A stretch of 64,000 nucleotides of DNA from Phoronis australis (Eukaryota > Animalia > Phoronida). The notes under the pieces were generated by a model. The model searched no databases and had not been told where the DNA came from. It saw only the letters and a list, made by a program, of their open reading frames with translations. Positions 21,166 to 32,225 of the stretch are shown piece by piece. The translations under genes and the position numbers were made by a program. Position 1 is the stretch's first letter. Each line of letters begins with the position of its first letter. The DNA lies in the NCBI GenBank assembly GCA_002633005.1, contig NMRA01000647.1:1-64000 (forward strand), written 5' to 3'.

Positions 21166-24100
21166 GGAAAGTGAAGCATGTGACTGATTTATGGCTTCGA
21201 TGGGGTCTTTTTCATCGCCGTCCTCAGTTTCGATGCCCTCATCTTCAGAGCTGTCCACTTCATCACCCTCCTCGTCCTCCTCTTCCTCGCGCGACTGCTC
21301 TTCTTCAGCTGTAAAATATTGCTCGTAACATTATGAAAGTATTTTGTATATATGACTGAGTATTGGTGCAAGTTCTGTCTTTAACACTGCAGTCAACTAG
21401 CACTGTATCAACTTAATGTTATTTTCAATTCAGTAGCCAATAAATAAACGCGACGTATTCAAGCAGTTAAAAGTGGCGAATGTTGCTCAGTCAACGAATG
21501 ATGCAACACGACTAACCCTTTTCAATGTAGAAATGAGTGGCACTGAAGTCACTGGCTTGACAGTACGCATATTCGATGCCGAGCAGCTCCTCCTCTGACG
21601 GGTCATCGTTCTTCTGCTGAATAGGCATGGGTGCGTAGAAGTTGGGCTCGAGGACATGCTCCTTCCCAAAAAGAACCTCAGCCTGCTTGTTTAACCGCTG
21701 AACACGACGTGGATCTACGCACGACGTGCCACTGTCTCGACCTCCAGCTACAGCCTGCTCTGCCATCCTGCTGTTCCACTGAACGGCGAAAGACAAGAGA
21801 TAAACCTGAAATGTAGGAGAGGTACATCAGTAGATCTATTATATAAAAAACAGTAGATACTGTATGCAAAGATACCTTACGCATTTAGGTTTGAATCATA
21901 CTGACAATATTGTAATAGCAAAACCAATGGCGCATGAACCTGGAACGGCTGAACACCACACAGCTTAGAGGGGATGGTATTGTAGAGATGGGCGTGTAAT
22001 CCCTCCAGGGAATTACTGCCACGGCGACATCTGTACTTGTTGAGCCGAGTACCATTGACGGTGACTACTTTGGGCGTCACGTACAGATGAATGCCATGTG
22101 GATGTTGGAGAGAGAGAAAACAAATTCATTCAATCAAACGGATGCAGCTAAAGTGTGTAAATGCAGACATAGCCCACACGTGCATAGATCATTCTTTGAA
22201 AGAGCAGTTCCGCATGAAACATTTGCGCAAAATGTTACCTGCATACATCCAAGATGTTTGGAAGCAGTCATCCAGTGGTAATCCACTGCCTCACTCGACT
22301 TAAACAGATGGATGCCGTCGATGTCAAGCCCAGCAGGACCCTTAAACTCCTCCAGAATCGCCTCGATTTCACATGCCGTTTCCTATAACAATTTCTAGCA
22401 TTGTTAAAACTGGTCTTCAATGGTCATGTTTCAAGTATAAGCAAGCCATGAATAATGTAAAAGTTAGATGTGCAAAAGACATTAAAATTATAAATTACTT
22501 GACTCAATTTCATATTCTTCAGCACTAACCTCTACACCACGTGTGATACGACGAACGTATGACTTCAGCAGATAGGGTTTCAAATGGCTCATGACTTCAG
22601 AGTCGCTAAGTTCTGAGAGGTCTTTGTTGCTGTTCCGAACAGCCCTAATCAACTCCACCATGTCGTCTTTGTTATAGGCAAGCACAGCCCCAGCGAGAGC
22701 ACTCATAAATGAGCCGTACTTGGCATGAGTTTGTTTTATGATGACAGCGTCCCATCTGTGAAGCCAGTGTCTAACGTCGAGACGAATAGCCATCCCTTCG
22801 TCCACCCACTCCGAAAACAGTCTGGCCAGAAATGAAGACCCTTTGTCACTGTAAATGTACGAGTTCACATTAATTAAGAAATGCAGCTTATTATCAGGCA
22901 CATGCCACGTAAACTTAAATAATAACAAGGATTATAGATTAAAATGCATTCTACAAGCCACCTGCAGCAGTTGTTGTCAGTGTAGAGCACTTTTGGACTA
23001 GTCGCATTGGCCCGCTTGTAACGTGCAACTAGACCCTTGGCCATCCTGGCATAGCAGTCTTCTGATTCTGAGGCCACTACCACGGTCGTCAAAATTTGGC
23101 CCAGCTCATTCAGCACGGTCGTTACGTACTGCATCGTACCTTTCCCGTCACCACGAATTTTCTTGAGCACCTGCAATTAACATGAAGTGGTCATATAATT
23201 GAATAAAAGGTGTGTACAAACAAAAAACTGATAACAGCATCAGTAATTACTAAAATGCCACAAGTGGTGATCCATTTTGCTGAAAAGAAACGTACTCGCT
23301 TAGTCCCGTCAATGCAGAGAATTTCGCCAGTGACGCTCGTGACAGATGCTCTGTAGGCGGGTATTCTCTCCATTTCCATCAACAGGTGAGCTCGTCGTAG
23401 GAAGCGTGAACCCGGCAGAGGAGCTTGTGGCAGAGGAGGCGTATAAAATCCTGCAGGCCTGATGTATTGCAAGATGCCCTCTTTCGACGTGTGTGTCGTG
23501 TAAAGAAGCGTCTGGTAGAGGTCTCTTCTTTGAATGTACCACTCGTCGTGGCCTCGCTTCAGCAACCTGGACGAACATATGATTCGCTCGTAAGTTAGAG
23601 ACAAAGTTATACCACACATGTTCATAGTTCTGAGTACAAGGGAACAAACAATTCTATCACGCTATCAAAGGTTAAAGCTTTTCCGTTCGAAATGGAAACA
23701 TGTAAAACATTAATAAGCACATTAATTACTGAACAAGTTAAGTGTGTGTAGAATAATTACAACATACTTTAAATACTGTCATTTCTATCACGGGTGCCTT
23801 CGTACTTTCGTCATTGAAACTGCTTTGATCCTGTCACTCAGCATGGTTACGACATCCTTGTCAACAGCTCTCTTGCTGCATACGATGGCTGGTAAGAGGT
23901 TCCGAATGGCAGGGGCGAGGCTCATCAGGATTGCAGAACTTTGCGAGTGCCAGCTGTACTGCTGCTGCTTTGTACCTGACGAGGCTTCTCCCTCCTCATC
24001 ACTTGACTCCTCATGCTGGCCACGAAGGCCATAGCAAAAGCTGCAGAACAGTCGCTCTGACAACAAGATGTAGTTGGAGTGTGTCCCGCAAACTAGCCTC

Positions 24101-26161
24101 GGAAATGATCCGTATCCCCGCTTAACAAGATAAGTGTCTGGAGGCGCAGGACAGTTACGATTGGGACATTTCACCCTGGCTTCCAATAGTCCTACAGGTC
24201 TCCACAGGAAGACTGGTGTCGTGAAGAAGCCCAGCATGTTAGGAATGGACGACTTGATGGATGTGGGGATGGGAGGGGGGTGAAACCACATCTTGTCTTT
24301 GAAAGTTCTGCGAAACAATGTTTCCCCTTTAGCGTTTTTGTATGCTTTAGGCGGACCGAACAAGCCGTATTCTTCACTCTCCTTCATCCACCTGACGTTG
24401 TTTCGTGCTGGGGAAGCCGCATCCTCCCACTGCTTCTGCCAACCTTCCAATGTAACAGAGCTGGTCACCTCGGGGATGGGAGTAGTTGGCCCTTTGTCTT
24501 TGTCTTCAGGAGCTGGCACACTGGTAATACACGGAGCGACAGGTGCTTCTGACTGTTCCAGTATGTTTTCTATGAAGAAAAAATAACGGCATCACATGCA
24601 CAGTTCAACACTCAAGAATTGAGCAATATTAGGATTTGTTGTATTAGTTTTTTATCACAAGAGGTTATCATATCTTGGTTACAAAACAGCCCGTGCTCAG
24701 TTAAGGAAGTGTAGCAGCATACTCATACAAACCTACCGTAATCGCTAACGTGAATGTAAAAAGCTAATGATATCCATATCGACGTTACAAATACGAACAT
24801 TAGGGAATTAATTCACCCACATTCAAAACGAAGTTGACAACTAGCTTCCAAGATGACGATAGGTTACACCATACCTGCCAGTGACAACAGTTAAGTGTGT
24901 GTAGAATAATTACAACATACTTTAAATACTGTCAATTCTATCACGGGTGTCTATGTTATCATTACTCGTCACACTGTACCTTTGTACTTTTGACATTGAA
25001 ACAGCATTGATCCGGTCACTCAAAAGGGTTACGACATCCTTGTCAAGTGCTCTCTTGCTGCAAACAATGGCTGGGAAGAGGTTCCTAATAGCTGGGGCAA
25101 GTCTAATCAGGATGGCAGAACTGTGTGAGTGCCAGCTGTACTGCTGCTGCTTTCTATCTGACCAGGCTTCTTACTCCTCATCACTGGACTCATCACGCTG
25201 GCCATGAAGGCCATAGCAAAAGCTGCAGAACAGTCGCTCTGAAACCAAGACGTAATTAGAGTGCGTCCCGCAAACTAGCCTCGGGAATGAACCGTATCCC
25301 CGCTTAACAAGGTATGTGTCTGGAGGCGCAGGACAGTTTCTATTGGGACATCTCACCCTGGCTTCCATTAGTCCAACAGGTCTCCACAGGAAGACTGGTG
25401 TGGTGAAGAAGCCCAGCATATTGGGAAATGGTGACTTATCGACGTCGGGATAGGAGGGGGATGAAACCACTTCTTGTCTCTGAATGTTCTGCATTATAAA
25501 GTCTCCCCTGTGACATTTTTTTATCTTTAAGCAGACCAAAGAAGCCGTATACTTCACTGTCCTTCATCCATCTGATGTTGTGTCTTGCTCTGGAAGCTGC
25601 ATTCTCCCACTGTTTCTGCCAACCTTCCAAAGTAACGCAGCTGGTCTCCTCGGAGATGGGAGCAGTTGCCACTTTGTCTATAAGTTCAAGAGTTGGCACA
25701 CTGGTTATACAAGTTGCAACAGGTACTTCCGACTGAGTATGTTTTCTATAGAGAAAAAATAGCAGCATCATATGCACAATTCAACACTCAATGTTTACAT
25801 AATAGGAGGATTTGTGATATCACTTTTTATCACAATATTATGACAAGAGTTTATCATAACTTGGTCATACAACAGCACGTGCTCAGTTGAGAAAGTGTAG
25901 CAGTATACTCATAGAAACATAATGTTAATCGCTAACGTGAATGTAAAATGCTAATGATGTCCACATCGATGTTACAAATACGAACATTAGGGAATTAATC
26001 CACCCACACTCAAAATGAAGTTGACAATTAGCTTTCAAGATGACGATAGGTTAGATAATAGCTGCAAGTGATAAGAGCTCACTGTCTTGCACGTGGTTTT
26101 CGTCGAACTCGTCGGGAGGGGGCATGCTGACCGTGGCACTTGGTGATCTTTTTTCAGCCAT
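21165..26161 (-). pseudogene. Best-preserved multi-exon DDE transposase gene (Mutator/Kolobok-like D-D-DxxH-E; N-terminal Cys-rich domain resembling DUF6729), probably splice-inactivated
   Basis: Phase-compatible exons: 26161-26083 (ATG), 24569-23798, 23566-23296 (CIDGTKR), 23170-22962 (LYTDNNCC), 22848-22530 (RLDVRHW), 22382-22239, ~22104-21940 (YRCRRGSNSLEGLH), 21805-~21517, ~21308-21165 (acidic). The donor at 23797 and the acceptor at 22105 are damaged and the 3' end is fused to another copy. A frameshifted duplicate of exon 2 lies at ~25747-24980. The DUF6729 resemblance is from memory. Confidence 0.8.
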
Positions 26162-26329
26162 TTCTAAACAGAAGTATTCGTAATTGACTAATCAATGGTC
26201 TTTAAGACTCACGCATTCAATGTGTGTGTGTGTTGATTTTAACATTTCTTGACACGACAGTCACTCTTTGATCATTCAGTGCCATACTGAAATACAGAAT
26301 ATACCAGGACGTTCACAGTTTTTGTTCTA

Positions 26330-29000
26330 AACCTCTACATCACGGGTAATTCGCCGAATGAACAACTTCAGCTGATATAACTTTAAACGACTCATCCCTT
26401 CGCAGTTGCTCAGTTCTGAGAAGTTTTTGTTTCCATTCCATCCGGCCCTGATCAGTTCAGACATGTCGTCTCTGTTGTAAGCAAGCAGTGCCCCAGCAAG
26501 AGCACTCATGAATAATACTTGGCATAAGTCTGCTTGATAACAACGGCATCCCGGTGTTTCTGAGTTTAAATTGATCCAGTACGCTGACGACACTTGTTTG
26601 ATTTTGGACGGTTCTGAGTTATCTTTAAGATCATCTTTGAATTTAATTGACCAATTTGCGAAATTTTCTGGTTTGAAGCCAAACATCGAGAAAACAAGAT
26701 GTGTTTGGATTGGTTCAAAAAAAGACTCTCACGAAAAGCTTTGTGTCAATGAGAACCTGTTATGGACCAACAAACCTTTCATGTTTTTGGGAATTAACTT
26801 CTCCACTGATTATAATACAATGCCGGGTATTAACTATAGTTGCAGGTTTTTGGAAATTAAGAAAATGGTGGGCTCTTGGTCAAGACGAATTCTTACTGTT
26901 TTAGGTAAAATAACCGTGGTTAAGACACTTTTATTGCCCAAGATTGTTCATTTGCTTCAATCCCTCCCTAGCCCCTCCATTGACATGATTCAAGAATTAG
27001 AGCGAGTTTTTTTTGGCTTCATTTGGAATGGGAAGAATGATAGAGTTAACAGAAATGAAATTGTACAAAATCAGGATCATGGTGGTCTAAAAATGGTTCA
27101 TGTTAGTTTTTTTATTAAGTCTTTGAAAATATCGTGGCTTCGTAAACTATTCACCTCAAATACCATACGTGACCTTGCAGAGGCAGTTTTGGGTTGTAAA
27201 GTTGATAACTTTTTTAAAATGGGAGACGCTTTCCTTAAAAAATTAGCTGAAGGCACCGACAATATGTTCTGGAAGGAAGTTTTAAGCGATGTTGTGCTCC
27301 TGTTTCAAATGTGTGACAAAAATGAAAATATTATTTACTCTCCCCTGTGGTATAATTCAAAGATTAAAGTTGGTAAAAAATCTATTTTCTACAAGACCTG
27401 GTATGAAAGGGGAATCTATCGTGTGTGTGATTTGTTTAATGCTGAAGGTTCTTTTATGTCATACGAACAACTCTGTAATAGTTATAACTTTCAACCTCCA
27501 ATACTAGAATTCTATGGATTAAGAAGTGCAACCTTTGCAGCGTACAGGGGTCTTAAGAATAGACAAGACATCTTTTTACCAAATTTTCCAAATTATATGT
27601 ATAAAATTTTACATAATAAATCACAAGCGGTAAATATTTATGACACCTTACTGTACTAAGGCTTAGTACAGTCACTTCAGACATCTTGTAAGTATAAAAA
27701 CAAGTGGGTCATCTGAGATAGATATAAACGGTGTTATAAATAATGTAAATTTTAGTGACTCTGACTCATGGTGGAGAAAAGTAAATAAAAAAAAAAAAAT
27801 TAAAAAAAAAAAACAACGGCATCCCATCTGTGATTCTAGTGCCTAATGTCGAGATGAATAGCCATCCCTCCGTCGACCCAGTCACAAAACAGTGTTTCCA
27901 GAAATGAAGACCTTTATCACTCGTAATGTATCAGTTTACATTAATTAGAAAATGTAGGTTAATTATTTGGCACATGCATGTAAACTTAAATAATAGCAAG
28001 GATTTTTGATTAAAATTCACTCCAGCACTGCAGCAGTTGTCAGTGTAGAGCATCTTTGGATTAGCCGCATTGGCCCGCTTGAAACGTGCGACGAGACCCT
28101 TGGCCATCCTTGCATAGCACTCTTCAGATTCCGATGCCAGTACCACCATCGTCAAAATTTGGCCGAGCTCATTTAGAACAGTTGTTACATATTACATTAT
28201 CCCTTCGTCCTCCCCATGAATTTTCTTGAGCACCTGCAATTAACATGAAGTGGTCATAACACTGAGTAAAAGGTGTGTACAAACAAAAAACTGGTAGCAG
28301 CACCAGCAATTTTTAAAAGTGCCAGAAATGGTGGTATATTTTGCAGAAAAGAAACTTACTCGCTTGGTCCCATCGATACCGAGAATTTTTCCAGTTACCT
28401 CACGATGAATGCTCTGTAAGTTGGCATCTTCTCAATTTCTTTCATGAGATGAGCTCGGCGTAAGAAGCACAGGCAACGCAGAGGAGCCTGTGGGAGAAGG
28501 GTCGTGTACAATCCCACTGGCTTGAAGTACTGCAAGTTGCCCTCTTGACGCATGAGCAGTGTACAGCAGGCAAAGTCTCTACGTTGGATATGCAGTTCCT
28601 CGCTTGAGCAACTTGGACGAATATATGATTCGCTCTTTAGTTATGCCACACATGCCCCGGTCTGAGTCCATAAGAGCAAAAATGTTTATCGTACTAAGGA
28701 AACTTTTCCTTTCAAAATGGAAACATTACTTTGCATAATTACCGAACACATGCTATGTACCAGTTTGCTCAGGTGGTGCCTTACGGTTGGCATTGGGACA
28801 ACTGATCTTAGCTTGCATGACACATTTCACCAAAATAAAGCTGGGGTGGTGAAGAATGACTCCATGGATGGAAAGTTCCCCTGGAGTTCACATGGGATGT
28901 GGGTTGGGTACAGTTCCATCTTATCCTTTAGGACAACCTACATTGTGACTTCTTTTAATGTTTTCGTTGGCTATGGCTGATCGAACAGCTCAAACTCAAC
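26330..29000 (-). pseudogene. Another degenerate transposase paralogue, interrupted by a LINE
   Basis: Exon homologues: GIDGTKR (~28380), VLKKIHG..TMVVLASESEECYARMAKGLVARFKRANAANPKMLYTDNCC (28232-28030), MAIHLDIRH..HRWDAV (27870-27815), continuing KQTYAKY..FMSALAGALLAYN..RRITRDVE (26540-26330). Confidence 0.88.
26553..27811 (+). mobile_element. L1/Tx1-like LINE fragment (5'-truncated, poly(A)-tailed) with a 14-bp TSD
   Basis: ORF 26571..27659 has QYADDT, FAKFSGLKPNIEKT, FLGI, LTVLGKITVVKTLLLPK, FIWNGK..GGLKMV and PLWYNSKI. AATAAA and a poly(A) tract lie at 27784-27811. AACAACGGCATCCC is duplicated at 26539-26552 and 27812-27825. Confidence 0.93.
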
Positions 29001-32000
29001 GATGTCTTTATCTCATTTGGTGTGAGGCAGCCACCATCCCAAAACTGCCACAGCACCGGAAGTGAAGTGCAAGTGCACATATACACACACCTATTAAATA
29101 GCTACTTGTACTAACAAATGTTAGTCGATATTCAATCTTGGTATGTGATAGGGTTGAGGATTCTGGAGCAAGAGACCTGAAAGAATACATGTAGATTATC
29201 AGATACACTGTAGCTATTGCAACTGAATAATCAAATTCATGACTAGGGTTGCGTAAGGGCTGGTAGATTCCAGTTGGTTCAATTAAAACCGAAGGTAAAT
29301 TCTCTTATTCAAGATCCTTAATTATGAGAGGAGAATTCCACATGCAAGGGTTTTTAGTGTAGTCGCATGAATTTACTTTCAATCGTGTGTTTCTCACCGA
29401 TATCACTTAGTTCTATTTCTCTTGTCTTCCATACGCCATATTTTAAGGTGTCTTTTAGAATACGGTTCATGATCTTAGTCCGATGTCATAAGAGCTGTTG
29501 AGAGTTACATGTAGGTGTATCTCACCTTCAATGGATGATTAAAAAGCCTCATCTGTGCGTCAGATTTGCCCTTTCTGAAATTCTTCTTTGTGCTATGTTC
29601 CATCTTAATGGATGACTGATCAGTAAAAATTGCACTATCAAATTGCACCTCATTAAAAGAAAATTAAGAAGAGTAACGTAACAACTGCTCACAAAGCATC
29701 AAAACGATCATGAATTTTAGATACGATATTTCAAATGACACGAAATATAACTTTCTTGTACATTTGCCATCAGTAGCACCTAAATATATAACATACTTCT
29801 TAATATGGTTGTGCCTGACAACTTTTCTTCAAACTGTGCAAAGCAGGCTAAAAATGACATGAAACAAGGTTGCCTTCGCCTTTAAGCACTCTGTACACTA
29901 ACCAGAAGCCGGTCTAAACCTTTTAGTTTCCTGCCGTTTAAAAGTGGAAGGGGTTCTTGGCATACTAACCGTTGTCGGCGTTTGTATCTCAAACGCTCAC
30001 GCTAACCCTCTTGAGTATTTGGCAATGTGACCTTTGACCTTTAATCTTTGCTCTATGACCATTGATTGAGGTCCCGCTCAAATAGGGCGCCTAAACAACT
30101 TACTATATTAGTTGCTGTATTCTTGAGGTCACCTAGTCTTGCACGTACACTGTGAACCTCAAGCAGCTTTGGTAACATTTTTTCAACCTGTGCTTTGTTA
30201 GAATGTGTTTGCTCATTGAAATGGAATATAAAACCAAGATGCTGGAGACTGGAATAAACCTCAGGTATCTTCAAAGGTAGAGTTACTGGCGATTTATACT
30301 TTGCATTTTTAACTCGAAACAGAATCAGTTTCTCATATCCTGATATCCTGACTACAATAAGCCAGCAAGCATATTCTGTCTGCTATTATTGATAACAATG
30401 CGGCAACAGATACATATTCTTAAAGTTATGTGGGAAAGCTGTCATAGTTACCGTTCGATACAAAACGAAACTAGCTCTTGATTAACTGTGTAAGACCATG
30501 TGGTCGGTTGCATGAAACTGTCACAAATATAGGGACTTCACTGCATTCCCGAAATCTGCATGTGTTTGGACTTTGTTTACACACTATTTCTATCATTTTT
30601 ATGAGGTGAGTCCTGGCTAGTGCTGTTTCGTGCAACCGGTCTCCAATGTATTGAACAAGTGAAGATGGATTTCTGTCTATTGCAATGTTGAGAAGTGTGC
30701 AATTTTTACAAATATTGTAAATTGATAAAATATAAATGTACTGACAGATGACCGACCCCTATATTTTTTTTAATTTTGGAATTCAAAATAGAAAAGGGGT
30801 CAGTATCCACCAGTGAATCTGTAGGAGTGTGACCTTGAGAAAACGAACAGCATATGTATTATGTTGTATGGAACTTAATAAATGTGTAAAACAACTGCGC
30901 TTTAATTTAATTAAAAATTCTGAACTCCTTTGTGTGTTTTTTGTCTCTTCGGCCACGTGACTTTGTGGAAAGGTGTGGTACTGTCACCTTATAAGACGAA
31001 CCAAACATGTACATATGAAGGCGATCATCGTGTAAGTTTGGATTTTGCAAGTACATGTGCTGATCAGTTACATGTACATCCCCGCGGTTAAAACTGCGGA
31101 AGGGTTGTTGATTAAACTAACGTCTTCCAGTTTGACACCAGTTCCTGCCGAAGTAAACGGAGCCAAAATATCTGATTAGAAAAGCATAGGGTCGTTCTTG
31201 AGAAATAAGACTCGCCCATTTTAGTGCAAATGTAGACTCCTGAATTACACAATAAAGACTCTTCAGGAATGCGCATGTTGTCAGAAATGGACGGAGACAA
31301 AGTAAGATGCTGTCTCAAATTCACATCCGAGGGCACGATCAAATGAAAGAAAATCTTAGACCTTCGCATGTGCTTAATTCTCGGTCACGGTGAAGCTAGA
31401 ACTCACTAGCTATACACGCAATATATCTCATAAGTGTCTGATAAAAGTTCGAAATTCTAAGCCGTTACATTCTGTTTTTTGTGTCCAAGTCGTTGGCTGC
31501 ACTTGTTTGGCTTCCTCGGTTCCGCCAGGTGAACCGGTAAGACGTCCGATTGGCCTGTACGTTGGAAGTCATCACGAATCAATCGCATGTCTTGGTGTGT
31601 TGACCCTGCGGGAACCACGAAGTCAATGAGGTGCGTCCTATATTTCGACAATCTGCATTTTGCTCGTTTCGCTGTCTGTTGAATTTTTAACCGAATAACT
31701 TTGTTATTTAACCATTTACCACCCGATCTTGAATTACATGCAATCGAATCTAACAATAAATACGTAAGGAATGCAGATGTTGGACTCTAAAACTGTCGAA
31801 ACCGATCTTCGACTTCCAATTGTCTCAAGTACAAATAAAATCTGGTCCGTCAACCTCCAGGGTCTTGTTTTTATGTCAGTATTACACAGTGCTGGTGTCT
31901 GCGGTGGGTGCGAGGAGAAGGCTAGATTTTTCAGGGCATGTGCCCCGAATCACCCAGAATTTTAGGGTTGATCTTAATAAAATTCGAAGCGTTTCTGGAG

Positions 32001-32225
32001 TTGCTGTTGGCATCAGTGTTTGCGTTCAGATAATGGATACAAGACCTGTCGCGATAAAGAATAGTCGGAGACTAAACGGCCCAATTCAATTTTCGTTTTA
32101 GCCCGAGTTAGACAGCGGCTAAAGACCACTGAGACGTCACTGACTGTTGCTAACTTCATAACCATAGAGACGACACTGACTGTTGCTAAAAGCATGAAAA
32201 CTTTGAGACATCCAGTTGAGAAAAC

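Larger units (their letters stand above)
6907..29881. mobile_element. Giant (~23 kb including nested inserts) Kolobok-type DNA transposon with TTAA TSD
   Basis: TTAA at 6903-6906 is followed by AGGCGAAGGCAACCTTTTTTTAGGTCACTTTTAGC. The reverse complement of the right end is AGGCGAAGGCAACCTTGTTTCATGTCATTTTTAGC (16/16 terminal, 31/35 overall), followed by TTAA at 29882-29885. Purine-purine ends with TTAA, THAP and a DDE transposase with a DxxH motif fit Kolobok rather than piggyBac (CCY ends). Confidence 0.8.

Noticed and set aside
6907-29881. Calling the large element piggyBac because of TTAA and the PGBD fragment
   Set aside because: The ends begin AGG rather than CCY, and the piggyBac piece is only 216 bp and internal.
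30053-32101. Cluster of 60-100 aa ORFs
   Set aside because: No recognisable motifs or consistent splice structure.
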